Assembly: GCF_964194155.1 (NCBI RefSeq) | Contig: NC_135889.1 | Span: forward strand, 110,360,001 to 110,424,000 | DNA length: 64,000 bases | Source of the DNA: Cetorhinus maximus | Taxonomy: Eukaryota | Direction: 5' to 3' | Part shown: positions 51,055 through 64,000 of the stretch, piece by piece | Numbering within the stretch: the first letter of the stretch is position 1 | Layout: each line of letters begins with the position of its first letter | Notes under the pieces: model-generated | What the model saw: the letters and a program-made list of their open reading frames with translations, nothing else | Told to the model about the DNA's origin: nothing | The model's database searches: none | Program-made: the position numbers and the translations under genes

Positions 51055-52335
51055 ACCATCCTGTGCTCAAATTCCCCTTCGAAATGGAACAGTCAAATGA
51101 ACTCCCTTTCCTTGATGTATTAGTTGTGAAGTCTGACAGGGAGCTTTCTAACACGGTCTACCGCAAGCCTACCTTCACTGGTAAATGCAGCGTTGGGATT
51201 CTTACAGTTCCACACACTATAAGAATGGCCTTATCGGCATCCTCCTAAATAGGGCCCGAGCCATTTTCTCATCATACAAGCTTGATGCTGAAATAGGGCA
51301 CATCAAAGGCATCCTGTGGCATGATGGCTACCCAGCTCAGATTATTTCACGCTGTATATCACACAAACTCATGAACGGGCCTAAGGCCATCACTTTTGGA
51401 CCTGAAAAGTACCCAGTCTACCTTAGAGCAACAGGTGAAACTGGCTGTTTCACACTGCCACTATGCAGTAGCAACACGAGTGGTATTCGCCACTATCAGG
51501 ATGCTGTTGTCAAGCCAAAAATACGTTCTGCCTATCACACAAATAAGTAATGTGGTATATGAATTTCAGTGCCAGTGTAGGCTGTACATCCCAAAGAATG
51601 GCAAATTGTATCAAACAGCATGTCTCTTCTGCTCCAAACAAAAACAAAAAATGCTGGAAAAACTTAGCAGGTCTGACAGCATCTGTCGAGAGAAAGACAG
51701 AATTAACGTTTCAAGTCCGTATGACTCTTCTTCAGAGCAACATTGCCCCTTCTGCTGTTTGGAATGGGCATGGTACAGACCGTACCCAATCAGCCTGCGC
51801 TTGCAAAACTCAAGACACAACCAAAACACAACTCCAACATTAGATGTGATTCCATGATTGGACAATATATGCTAAATAACCCTCAGTGTGCTAAAGATTA
51901 CGTTGACAACCAATTTAAGATTGTCAGTCGGACTTGCAGTGTGGCACGTTTGCATGTACTGGAAGTTACATATATTAGGACTGTTTTTTTGCAGACGAAA
52001 AGAACATGTACACACATTACGCCTGCTAAACAGCTAAACAAAATAAGTGATAATCATTCCTCAGGGCAATATCTTGACCAATCAGGGTCAAGCTGCCTGG
52101 TTTAAATTAAAACAATGTTTGGCAGTTAACTGTCAGTCACCATTAACTGGTGCATTCTCCATGGCAACACCTCTACCAATCAGAGTCCACTGCCAACCAA
52201 TCAGCACTCTCTTCTCATATAGTATAAAGTTGTTGCCTCCCCTGATATTGGTATTCTTGCGATTGCCCTGATTAGTGCAAGATGAAAAGCTTTGACAAGA
52301 TGTCTTTTTTCAGCAATACTCAAGTTCTGTACTAA
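51055..52335 (+). mobile_element. Decayed Penelope-like element (RT thumb, GIY-YIG endonuclease and terminal repeat), with a second PLE-family fragment nested at ~51635-51740
   Basis: HPVLKFPFEMEQSNELPFLDVLV...TVYRKPT, NRARAIFSS...DGYP, NVVYEFQCQC and HVLEVTYI; frameshifted. Confidence 0.88.
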
Positions 52336-53364
52336 CAAATGACTATTTGGAATAGGAGATGATCCCCATTCACACTCCTTCAAGGCCATTGTTCCTGGTG
52401 AGGCTTTATAGGCAGGGTGTCTCCATTTCAGTGGTTTTGGAATGTAGAGGGTGCAGTGGTGCAAGTGTGCAGCCACAAGTCACTGGAATGTGGCTTTAGT
52501 CTTTTAAGAAAATTCAATTAGAGATTTCCAGCCAGTACATTCAAAAATCCATTTTTGATATAAAGCATGGTTTCACAACAGCCTAAATTTTTGTACTCAA
52601 AGTTCTGGAGTAGGACTTGAACCCACAATCTTTTAATGCTTAGGTGAGAGCACAGGGCTGTGAGGAAATAGGTATGTGGGACTTAATGGATAGCTCTTCC
52701 ACAGAGTTTACTAGGCGTGATTGACTATAGGATTCTACGATTATCCTGTTTCCTCTTAAAAGTTATGATAAGGCAAAGTATTCTGATAGGGTTAGCCTTG
52801 TTTTAACAGCCCTTACCATGACATCAAATAATCCTCCTAAATTCCCACTTCATCTTTTTGAAGGTGTTCATAAACTGATGCTCCTTGGTTGCCAACTGAT
52901 CACTGAAAATTATTTTCCCCATTTTACGTAATTCCCCTCATAATTTTGAACATTTCTATCAGACTTCCTCGTAACCTTCTTTGTTCTAATAAATTAATCT
53001 CCATAACCCTAGTCTCTTAAAATGACTGAAGGTTTTTTGGTTTTTGCCTCTCCTGTTTACGTGACTGCAGTGGATAGAGAGGGAGGGTTTAATGGTGTAT
53101 GCAGGTTGGCATGAGCTTTTTGAGATGGAATAGACTTGATGAACCAGCTAATCTTTTCCTTGTTTTTGTATGATATATAACAAAAACTTCCGTGCTTGCT
53201 ATATGAATAAAGAATGTATTGGATATGATTCCATACATTGAAATCAACACTTTTGTACAAATTATTTCTCTCAGAGGTCAGAAACAACAAGACTTATGTT
53301 TGTGTAGCGCTTTCCATACCATCAGAATGCCCTAAGATGCTCCCTAACCAATCTCTTACTTTTG

Positions 53365-55335
53365 AGGTGCACAAAATTATGAGGCCCTGTGTTGGGGTAG
53401 ACAGGGAAGACTTGCTTCCCCCAATATTCCTCAATTACCAGGGGGCATAGATTTAAGGTGATTGGCAGAATGATTAGAATGGACATGAGGAAAAACGTTT
53501 TCACCCAGAGGGTGGTGGATGTCTGGAATTCACTGCCTAAGTTGGTGGTTGAGGCTGAAACGCTCAACTCATTTAAAAAGGTACCTGGATCTGCATCTGA
53601 AGTGCTGTAACCTGCAAGGCTACGGACCAGGTGCTGGAAAGTGGAATTAAAATGAGTGGCTAGTTTCTTTTTTCTCTTTTTGGTTGGTGCAGACACAATG
53701 GGCTGAATGGCCTCTTTTTGCACCATAACTTTTCTATGGTTCTATGGTTTCTATTGTAATGTAGGCAAAAACACAACAAAGCCCCACAAACACCAAATTG
53801 AGTAAGTGAACGGTTAATCTGTTTTATTTGGAGGACAAATTCTGGCCAAGACATCTCCCTGCTATTCTGCAACTAATGTCATATTTGTATCCACTTTCAG
53901 AGGCAGGCAGAGCTTCCATTTAGCGTCTTATCCAAAAGACAATGCTCCCACAGTAATGCACTGAAGAGCCTTTGGACTGAACTCAAACCACCTAAGCCAA
54001 AACTATTAAATTGGCATTAAGGACATTGTAGAGATTGGACAGGGGAAGCCTTCCCAAGAAAAGCTAATTCCAACCTTCCCATATCTGAGGGGTATTGACT
54101 TCTGTTGAACATTTTACCAACTTTTGAGGCATTAAGAACATAAGAAATAGGAGCAGGACTAGGCCATTTGGCCCTGTGAACCTTGTCTACCATTCAATAA
54201 GATCCTGGCCAGTCAGATTCCTCCCTTTCCCCCCTAATCCTTGACTGCCTTATCAATCAAAAATCTGTTTACTTAGCCTTGAATATATTCAATGATATAA
54301 CCTCCACTGTTCGCTGGGGAAGAGAATTTGCTTTCCTAATTACTTGCTGTACCTGCATGGTAACAGTTTCTGATTCATGTACAAGGACACCCAGGTCCCA
54401 CTGTACTGCAGCATGGTGCAGTCTCTCTCCATTTAAATAATTGGCAGCACATTTTATAAAATGAGGTGGTGTAACAACATGGTGTAGCCAGAGACAATCT
54501 TACAAGGAGCCATGTCACATGAATTGATCTAGCTGGTTGTTTGGACAATGGAAGGACTTAAAATTGAAGCATCATAAAATGAGCTACAATTTCCATTGTC
54601 TAATTGCTAAATGATAGGGGGTGCTGGAGCAGAGGACATGGGTGTATATGTGCATAAGTCATTGAAGGTGGTAGGACAGGTTGAGAGTGTGGTTAGCTTA
54701 CAGTATCCTAGGCTGATTAATAGGGGCATTGAGCACAAAAGCAACGAGGTATGCTAAACTTGTACAAAACAGTGGTTCAGGCCTTAACTGGAGTATTGTG
54801 TCCAGTTCTTGGCATCACACTTTAAGAAAAATGTGAAAGAATTTGAGACAGTGCAGAAAAGATTCACAAAAATGGTTCCAGGCATAAGGAACTTCTGTTA
54901 CGTAGATAGATTGGAGGGGGTGGGACTATTTTCCGCGAGGAAGAGAAGGTTGAGAGGAGATTTGATCGAGTTATACAGAATCATGAGGGGTCTGGGCACA
55001 GAGTAGATAGGGAAAAAAAATGTCCCCATTGGTGGAAGGATGGAGAACAAGAGGGCACAGATTGAAGGTAATTGGCAAAAGAAGCAATGGCGACATGAGG
55101 AAAAGCTTTTTCAGACAGCGAGTTATTGGGATCTGGAATGCACTGCCTGAGAGTGTGAGGGAGACCGTTTTCAAGCGAGGAATTTAAGAGGGAATTGGAT
55201 TATTATCTGAAAAGGAAGATGGTGCAGGGCTATGGAGAGATGTCCGGGGAGTGGCACAAGGTAAATTGTTCCTTCGGATGGTCAGCGCAGACACGATGGG
55301 CCGAATGGCTTCCTTCTGTGCTGTAACTATTCTGT
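53365..55335. mobile_element. Cluster of CR1 3' fragments (53365-53750 +, 54135-54440 -, 54590-55335 +)
   Basis: VQKRFTKMVPG and RRLRGDLIELYRIMRG motifs; tails of the GGGCCGAATGGC..CCTTCTGTGCTGTA type. Confidence 0.8.
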
Positions 55336-55446
55336 GATAATGCTTTCCTCAGTGAGTGACAGTTAATGCTGCACTTAAACGTTGCACGTAAGGGACAGAA
55401 TTGCAGCCAATGGAGAGAGTTTTGGAGACTGACATCAAGTGTTGTT

Positions 55447-55832
55447 ATAACAAAACTGTCGATGCTGCAAATCCGAAATAAAAACGGAAAGTGCGGGAAA
55501 AGCTCAGCAGGTCTAGCAGCACCCGTGGAGAGAGAAACAGAATTAGCGTTTTGAGTTGAATATGACTTTTCCTCGGAACTGTTCCAAACAGTTCAGTTCC
55601 GAAGTAAAGTCACATTCGACTCAAAGTGGTAACTCTGGCCAGGCATTTCCCGGTCCTGCCCATGATGGGGATCATCGTGGGCGTGACGGAAAATTTGACA
55701 GGCCACCCAATATCCGTTGACATTGGGTGGGAATTCCCACAGCGGGCGGGAGCGGAAAATCCCGGCCTCTGTTTCTCTCTCCACGGGCACTGTCAGTCCT
55801 GCTGAGTTTTTCCTGAAACTTTTCTGTTTTTA
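55447..55832. mobile_element. Second inverted Penelope-like insertion with 13-bp TSD; contains a 131-bp Harbinger-type MITE (55637-55767)
   Basis: ATCAAGTGTTGTT occurs at 55434-55446 and 55833-55845, and the arms are inverted about ~55587. MITE ends: TCT|GGCCAGGCATTTCC...GGAAAATCCCGGCC|TCT. Confidence 0.8.
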
Positions 55833-56651
55833 ATCAAGTGTTGTTTTTCATTTGTTCTGACATTTTAAATGTAACTGATACATTACAACGAGATACCATT
55901 GCTGCAGCCTGGCTAGATTTACGATTTTCTTGTCAGTGCTATGATGTTTGGAAGTTTCTTAAATGTGTGCAATTCCCATGAGAACAATAAATGTAGCTTT
56001 TTACATATTTGAATTTCTGGAAGGAAGTCCAAGTATTTGAAATATTTCCATAAATTGGCAGGCGGGCAAAAGTATCAAGAGAGCTCGCAAAGCTGCCACA
56101 GTGCCTCTTGTGTTTGCAGGGTGAACTGCACTGTCTGATATCAATGCTCGTTTTTTGCTGTAACCTTAACATGAGATAGACTATATGCCTGGTCCTTTAT
56201 CGAAGAAGGTGGGTCCTGACATGAGTCGACCATGAATTAGCTCAGAATTGCTCAGTCTGCATTAACTCCAGAACCATACCGACTCCAGGAGTAAAGCTTG
56301 AGTTTTCTTTTATATTCTAAGCTGGCATTAGCTTGACTCAGTGTTTGTAATTTTTTTCCCCAGGGTCAGTAAATTGTATGTTCAAGTCCACTTTGATCTT
56401 AATCACTCGATTTAAGCAGACACTGCTGGGGGAATGTTATCTCATAAGAAGTTTCACCTTTCTGATGAGATACTAAACTGAAGCCGCATCCGTCTGCTGT
56501 GGTGGATGTAAAAGATCTCACGGTACTTTTCGAAGAACAACAGAGAGCTGACATTTTCCCCTCAACTTTGTTGTTTGAGGGACTTTGTGCACAGGTTGGC
56601 TGCCACATTTGTTTACAGAAACAATACTGATTGTGTTTTAAGAGTGGCCGT

Positions 56652-57455
56652 TGTCATGAAGATATTCATGTATATAATGTTATTGGAAATTATTTTAAAT
56701 TGAACTTATAGTAGGGTCTGTGTTGGTGGGTGTGAGTGTGCGTGTCTTAATTGGATTAAAGCCAGCTAGCCTGGGTACTTTGATGTACAGTAGTTTTGAG
56801 ATGTTAACAGTAAGGTAGAGGGTACATTCGCATTTTGTTGAATAAACCATTCAACACTGGGGGTGAAATCTTGCACCTAGTGAGGAGACACCAAGCAATA
56901 TGTTTACATTACTAATAAAATTGGTACTATGAAAGGGGTTTTATTGTTATAAGAGGTGGAGTTCAAAGGGCTTGGTGACACTATGAGAATTTACATTCAA
57001 AGGGAAGGCTAGGTATATACAGAACAGAGCTTTGTGTGATGGTTAGATGCTTTAAACATCTAACTAGCCTGTAAGCCTACAACTGTCTGCAAATGAACCA
57101 AGTTGAAAGGAACCAAACTCATTTTGAATTCGTATTCAATGTGCTTTGCCTGTGTCTGTTTAAGTCTATGGGTTATTGTTGCCTTAGTGAGGTTTTACCT
57201 GGGAGTGATTAATTTGGGGATTCGTTTAATAGTTACTATGGTAGTAATTTGTAGACGTGTATGTGTTTAATTTGTTGTTAAATTAATAAATGCTTAATTT
57301 AATTTATACTAAAACCTCTGGAAGCTTGGTTTCATTTCTGAATTCAAAGCTGCATCTCAAACATACCAATTGAAAATATAGGTTATGACAGTTGTTTAAA
57401 GTTTCCCTCTGGGATTTTAAATAACTCAGCCTTTACCAACTGCATTGTCATAACA
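56652..57455 (+). mobile_element. Solo LTR (804 bp) inserted in a Deu-domain SINE (~56325-57500)
   Basis: TGTCATGA...TCATAACA termini, flanks CCGT/CCAT (4-bp TSD with one transition) and an internal AATAAA. The SINE Deu motif GATGTAAAAGATCTCACGGTAC lies upstream and the SINE tail resumes after the LTR. Confidence 0.8.
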
Positions 57456-58022
57456 CCATAAATTACTTTCAGATGCACAAGGATGTGAATTGGTTCTATA
57501 ATTGACTTATAGTGGGTTAAAATTTCACAGGTACCAACAGCTTCCTTGTCCGTGTCACCATGGGAGTTGGGGGAGGAGAGTAACATTCTAAATCCAAGAA
57601 TCTTTTCTTTGTAATAATGCTTCATTAGATTTCCTTGAGATACAAACAGGGCTCAGTACTTTTAACCTTCCCTTCTAACAGCCTTTTCTGGTTATTTTCT
57701 GCTGCAGCATAGATGAAATCAGATTTGAATTTGCTCCCTGAAGAGAGCTCTCTGCCTTTATGGATTACTCCTGTAAGGGTGGGTGGACGTTCTCACAGTC
57801 AGCCTTTTCTGTTCATAGTAATTAAGCTGCTTAGGGATAAAGAAATGACATAGCTATTGCCTGACAACTGTTCATTCCTGTCTGTAACTGCTTGCTGTTT
57901 CTGTTAAACTTGTTGCACAAGTTGATAACTCTCTGAGCAACAAAAAGGAGCAAGTCAGCTCACTACTTCTATCATCCAACTTTTTACTGCATTCAATGAC
58001 ACTGAAATTATCCCAAATCATT

Positions 58023-58352
58023 TTTTGAAATTCATTCATGGGATGTGGGCGTCACTGGTGAGGCCATCATTTATTGCCCATCCCTAGTTGCTCTTGAGAA
58101 GGTGGTGGTGAGCTGCCTCCTTGAACTGCTGCAGTCCATGTGGCGTAGGTACACCCACAGTGCTGTAAGGAAGGGAGTTCCAGGATTTTGACCCAGCGAC
58201 ATTGAAGGAACGGCGATATATTTCGTAGTAAGAATGCTGGGTGACTTGGAGGGGAACTATCAGGTGGTGGTGTTCCTATGTCTCTGCTGCCCTTGTCCTT
58301 CTAGATGGTAGGGGTCATGGGTTTGGAAGGTGCTGCTGAAGGAGCCTTGGTG
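58023..58352 (-). mobile_element. LINE family A 3' fragment
   Basis: Family tail; AATCAT is present on both flanks. Confidence 0.85.
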
Positions 58353-59174
58353 AATCATATTACTTTAGTGATTGGATGTTCTGGAACTTTGTATTTCCCT
58401 GTGATATGGTTATCAATAATATTCAAGTATCAGTGACTACTAGCATTTCTTTGGCCTCTCTAGCTTCTTCCTTGTCTCCTCCAGAGGATGCTGACTTATA
58501 GTGGGTTAAAATTTCACAGGTACCAACAGCTCCTTTGTCTATGTCACCATGGGAGTTGGGGAGAAGAATAAGTAATACTTCCCAGAAAGAGAACTGGCTA
58601 ACAATCATGTGTAGGAACTCTGATTGATTCAAACCCTCCCCCAAATCCTCCTCCTGCTCACTGTTCCTTAGCCTGGGACACAGAGCAGTGCGGGACTGAT
58701 ACTAGCTAACTCCGGGCTGAAAACTGGGCGATTCTTGGCTCAGTACATTACCATGCAATGGATTTAGTCATTAAGCTATTCCATTTTGTCCACTAGGATA
58801 TCCTTTGGCATCCACAAGGTGAACTTTAATCATTACCTTTAATCCTGAATAGGAAGGAGATTGAGGCGAAAGATATCTGATTTTACAGAACAGTGACAGC
58901 AGTTACTCAGCTAACCTATGTTTGCTGATAATAGGGATTGATGTTGTCTTGGTAAAGGGAGAAGGTCGCTGTAACTGGGAAATAACCATAAATTCTAATC
59001 AGTAGTGAATCAAATTCACTGAATCAAAAGCTATCATTTAATGACAGGTATCCTAGATAGGACTTTCATCCTTAAAATGTTCACATTTTCATTATAAGTT
59101 TAATGATTTATTTGCAAATAAAGATCTTCCCTGTATTTCTCCTCCTTTCTACCATCCTCTGTTGAAGGCATTGA

Positions 59175-60020
59175 CTCAGATAGTGAAGCTGTCCATGGCC
59201 AAATGCAGCAAGACCTGGACAATATCCAGGCTTGGGCTGACAAGTGGCAAGTAACATTTGCGCCAGGCAAATGCCAGGCATTGACCATCTCCAACAAGAA
59301 AGAGTCTAACCATCACCCCTTGATGTTCAATGGCATTACCATCACTGAATCCCCCACTATCAATGTCCTGTGGGGTTACCATTGACCAGAAACTGAACTG
59401 GACTAGCCAACTGTGGTTATAAGAGCAGGTTAGAAGGTAGGAATCCTGCGACGAGTAACTCACCTCCTGACTCCCCAAAGCCTGTCCACCATCTACAAGG
59501 CACAAATCAGGAGTGTAATGGAATACTCCCCACTTGCCTGGATGAGTGCAGCTCCAACGACACTCAAGAAGCTTGACACCATCCAGGACAAAGCAGCCCG
59601 CTTGATTGGCACCACATCCACAAACATTCACTTCCTCCACCGCCGACACACAGTAGCAGCAGTGTGTACCATCTACAAGGTGAACTGCAGAAATTCACCA
59701 AGGCTCCTTAGGCAGCACCTTCCAAACCCACGACCACTACCACCTAGAAGGACAAGTGCAACAGATAGATTGGAACACCACCACCTGGAAGCTCCCCTCC
59801 AAGTAACTCACTATCCTGACTTGGAAATATATTGCCTTCACTGTCCTTGGGTCAAAATCTTGGAAGTCTCTTTCTAACAGCATTGTGGGTGTACCTACAC
59901 CACAGGGACTGCAGCAGTTCAAGAAGGCAGTTCACCACCACCTTCTCATGGGCAACTAGGGATGGGCAATAAATGCTGGCCCATCTAGCGAAGCCCACAT
60001 TCCATGAATGAATAAAAAAG
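59175..60020 (+). mobile_element. LINE family A, 5'-truncated
   Basis: MQQDLDNIQAWADKWQVTFAPGKCQ and MEYSPLAWMSAAPTTLKKLDTIQ; tail ATGAATGAATAAAAAA. Confidence 0.92.
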
Positions 60021-60359
60021 TTAGGTTACAGTTTCTTAAGTGCCACCAGTTTTTTGATGACACACCCAAGTGTCTATTCATCATCCATCAATCTTGGGGG
60101 TAAGAACATAAGGAATAGGAGCCACTTGACCTTGCTTTGTCATTAAATGAGATCATGGCTGATCTTTGACCTCAACTGTGCCTTCTTGCACAATTCCCAT
60201 ATCCCCTGACTCCCTTTGAGTCTAAAAGTCTATCGAGCTCAGTCTTGAATATATTCAATGACTGAGCATGCACAGCTCTCTGGGGTAGATAATTTCAAAG
60301 ATTAAAAACCCTCTTAGTGAAAAAAAATTGTCTTTATTGACCACAAATCATGAGACTAT

Positions 60360-61745
60360 GGGCCAGATTTTTGCTACTGAGTCAGGGAATTTCACGACTC
60401 AGCAGACCCGCCTTAGTTGAAAGGGCCCCATTAGACCTAGTTTTCACTCCGGGGAGGTGGATGCAGGTTAGAGTCAGGCCTGCCAGCTGTGGAAGTAGAT
60501 CCTAGGCAGCCACAAGGGGCAAGTGAGTTCTGAGGTGGGCTGGTTGGAAGGCCCATCTCGGTTCCCTGGAACTTTATCCCAGTTGTTTTAGATGCTATTT
60601 GTCCTTCTAGCCCTCAATCCTCTCACTACTATGGCCCTGTGTCAGCTCCATGCCAGCTTATGCCCCCCCCACCCACCCTCATGCTCCTTCATACCCCAAT
60701 GCCAATGTAATGCCAACTCATGTCCCCCACTCACTCTGCCATGCCATAGTCACTTACCCAGTATCCACCATGGACAAATCTCAGGAGGCATATGGAGATA
60801 AAAAAAATAAACTTCTAACAATCAAATACAGCTCTCACTCATATACACTTGATAGTGAAAAAACTTCCATTTATGAAACCCATTCAAAGTTTTTAAATCT
60901 CCTCAAGTGGTTAATCTCTTATAAAAACAAACAAACTTCTATTCAGACCCCACAGCAAATACCACTAATCCTTTAATAGCCTCTTTAAACTGTCAATAAA
61001 ACTGTGAACTCAGAACTCCCTGCTAAGATAATTGTAACTTTTGAAACTCAGCCAAACATTCATAATGACATAATCATAGCCCTTGGGGAAGTGTCAACAA
61101 AGATCTCTATTGAAACTGCATGACCAGACACTGATGTTTTTTTCTCACCTTCACCAGATGGCCTGTCAATCAAAGTCCAGCAGAGGGTTTTTTAAAACTC
61201 TCACTGACAGTGAAGTTTTCATATTTAAAAAATGGGGGATTTAAGAAGCTTCAGATCATGACACTTAAAAGACCACATCCACCCTTCAAGGGCACTTGTG
61301 TTTATCAATTCATGATTCCCACACTGCGGGTTAAGGTCCGCAATAGCTCTCACTCAAACACCCTTGATGGGGAAAATAACTCTTATTCATGAAGCTCGTT
61401 TGCTGCAGGAAGTAACACAAACTGCATGCTGTAGCTCAGCCATGACATCCTCATCATTGTGCATTTAAATTCTCTCTTGTTCTTTAATCATTTGGCAGTA
61501 GACTAAAGCAAATCAAAAGGGTCTACCACTCAACAGCCAAAATGGGGTCTGTTTGAACTCAGCACTAAGTTCAAATAGCCCTGCTGAGTTTGGGTTTCCC
61601 TTTTGTGAGTGAGTCATGCCTTGCCTCTTTGCCCTGTTGGTAAAAATTAGACCTGTCGGAAATGTGGTTGTGCCTCTGAATCCTGGTCCTGTCTGCCATT
61701 TTTAAAGGTCTGTGGAGTCTTCCTGATTCTGCAAAAATCTGGCCC
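60360..61745. mobile_element. Non-autonomous PIF/Harbinger-type DNA transposon (1386 bp) splitting a minus-strand CR1 fragment
   Basis: Perfect 15-bp TIRs GGGCCAGATTTTTGC / GCAAAAATCTGGCCC, TAT duplicated on both sides, and no transposase ORF. Confidence 0.88.
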
Positions 61746-63749
61746 TATGTACCTTTGTTCTAGCCTCTCCAGCGAGAAAAGCAACCTCTGTATCGACCCT
61801 ATTAAGCCCCCTTGGAATTTTATCCATTTCAATGAGATCACCTCTCATTCTTCTAAACTCCAGAAGGTGTCGACCCATTCTACTCAATCTGTTACCATAG
61901 AATTATCCTCTCATCCCACGAATCAATTTGGTAAGTGCTGTTGGACTATTTGATAGTGCAAGACAGTAGAGTGGACACACTGGCATCCCCGCTTCGCAGC
62001 AACATCCATACAAACAAGCTTTCCAGCAACAGTCACAGGTAACAACTGGGTTTAGAAACCTTGGATGGTTCTAATTGTTCCCTAGCCCAGTGCTACCAAG
62101 CTAAGTTGCGGATGGCTGGGATCAGCTAACAGCACAGGCCAAAACTGTCTGTTCATGACTCAGTTCCACACCAGGATGTCCATTGACTTACTAGACCATA
62201 GTATAATTTGCAGTCCAAAATGTAAAGTTAACATAAACTTTAAATAGTGTGTATAAGTAAATAAATATACACAAGCTCTAGTTAATTAAATTACCACAAG
62301 GGCATGGCACAAAAATCTTTTGTTTTAGCATGTATAAAATTCTATATATCTGGTCTAGTACAATCTGTACATGGATTAGTCAGCGCAGTAATCACCAAAT
62401 AATTTGGGTTTCTTAATTGCTCAATATTGCATGCGGATATTTGATTTCACGCCTTATTATGAACTTTGGGGTGCACTTGGATATAGTGGATTTTCATTTA
62501 TAATGTAAAAGTTCTAATACTGCAATTCATTTTTCATGAAACTGTATTGAATCTTTCGTTATGGTGAAATGATTATCCTTATATATTGGGTCAAGGTTCC
62601 TCCAAGGTGACAAGCCTGCCTGTTCAGAGGAAAAACTGGGGGACTCTGTGGTAGATTGGGTAAACCAATACATAAATGATCCACGGTACTTCAGGGAGAT
62701 GTTGGTGATTCACCAGACATCTTGGCACACTAATAGTAGAGGGAGATCTTTCAGTGGGGAGTTGGGTGGTTGGCAGGGAGGAGCGCATTGGAATTCTTCG
62801 CAACAGACCTCAGAAATCCTTACGATGTAATGTCCCAACAGGACGAATGATCCCATCTGGACAAACAACAGGGAACAACTTCAATAAGCTGTGCAATTTT
62901 AGCTGGTAAAACTCCAGCACTATCCCTGAGCGTACTTCAGGTTCCCCTAAGCCTTGGCATTATGAGTCTGCACCTAAGCTGTCTAAGCTTGGGTAAGAAG
63001 GATATGTTCACACTGGTAGAGGGTGTAATCCATATTGGATAAACAGAAATCCTGCAGGCAGGTGTCAATTTCTTAATTTGGAGACTCTTACAACATAGTG
63101 ATGGGTTTCTGCACATCAGGATCCTGGTTGTTGAACAATAAAATAGTTGCTAATCTTTCATAGTGTAATATGTAAAACAGTGTATCATGTTTCAGACATG
63201 ACTGAAAACCAGTCTTTCCCCTCATAAAGTAATCATTGTTGTCTGTACACCAATTAATTCTCCCCTTTCTTTCACCTATTTTCTTCCCTCCTCTCCTTAC
63301 CTCAAGGCATTAGGACCTTGCTATAGTTACATCAGCACTTGCTATCCTCTGGTAACTTTCCCAAGGAGTTAGAGTTCATGCATGATTTGATAATGAGTAA
63401 TAATAGGTTATTCTACCTTGTGAGGCATCAGTAATGAGCTTGATCCTGGTCCTGCCCAGTTCTTCACACACAAGTACTTCCAACATGGGTTATCTGATAG
63501 ACATCAGGAGAAGGGACACTGGCAGATTTTCACTTTTTTAACCTAGGGGCACCGAAGCCAATTGAAACTGCTGTCCAGTCAGGAGTAAGTTAATTGACTC
63601 AATGGGGAAGTAGAACTTGGGATCCTCCATGTCAATATGGCTCCTGTGTATTGGACAACTACTGAAACACCAAGGGAGTCAACTGCTTTAATTCAAGGAG
63701 AAGGTTACTGCACTGCAACCATATTAGTTGGACAAAGAACCAATGGCCA

Positions 63750-64000
63750 AGATCAGCATCTGGGAATGATACCAACAGATCTCAGCAACATTAGTGCTGG
63801 GAGCCACTGACGAAGCCTATGGCTGATGCCAACAGAGTGAGTCTCTGTACCCTCATCCATGGGTTTGTTATCTCTAGATATTCCAATGCCCACTTGGCCA
63901 GCCTTCCATGTTCTACTTTCTGCAAGCTTGTTGTCATCCAAAACTGCTGTCCATAGCCTAACTCGCTCCAAATCCTGTTCACTCATCATCCCTGTGCTTG
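63750..64000 (+). mobile_element. Probable L2 fragment running off the window
   Basis: ATCCAAAACTGCTG...CATCATCCCTGTGCT is similar to the other L2 copies. Confidence 0.5.

Overview
Eukaryotic, repeat-rich vertebrate DNA. The repeat families (CR1/HER1-type and L2 LINEs, Deu-domain SINEs, Penelope-like termini, Harbinger-type MITEs) point to a shark or other elasmobranch; this is an inference. Two protein-coding genes are well supported and are convergent. (1) A plus-strand secreted fibrinogen-related-domain (FReD) gene: TATA at 33898, coding exons 34048-34231 and 35584-36242, 280 aa when spliced, AATAAA at 36356; it resembles the 'fibrinogen-like protein 1-like' group. (2) TMEM177 on the minus strand: single coding exon 42779-41844 (311 aa), with a CpG-island first exon near 50.3-50.45 kb. 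The most unusual signals are a 52-bp-phased array of YY1-type motifs at the TMEM177 promoter, an in-frame 47-aa N-terminal extension of TMEM177, Penelope-derived inverted insertions with 13-14 bp target-site duplications (TSDs) carrying minimal hammerhead-ribozyme motifs, and a multi-level nested transposon stack at 22.7-27 kb containing a G4-prone minisatellite. There is also a 341-bp tandem duplication and two N gaps (21643-21842, 23694-23823). No CRISPR, rRNA or true tRNA genes are present. Family names are from pattern recognition, with no database searches, and repeat boundaries are approximate unless TSDs or terminal inverted repeats (TIRs) are quoted.
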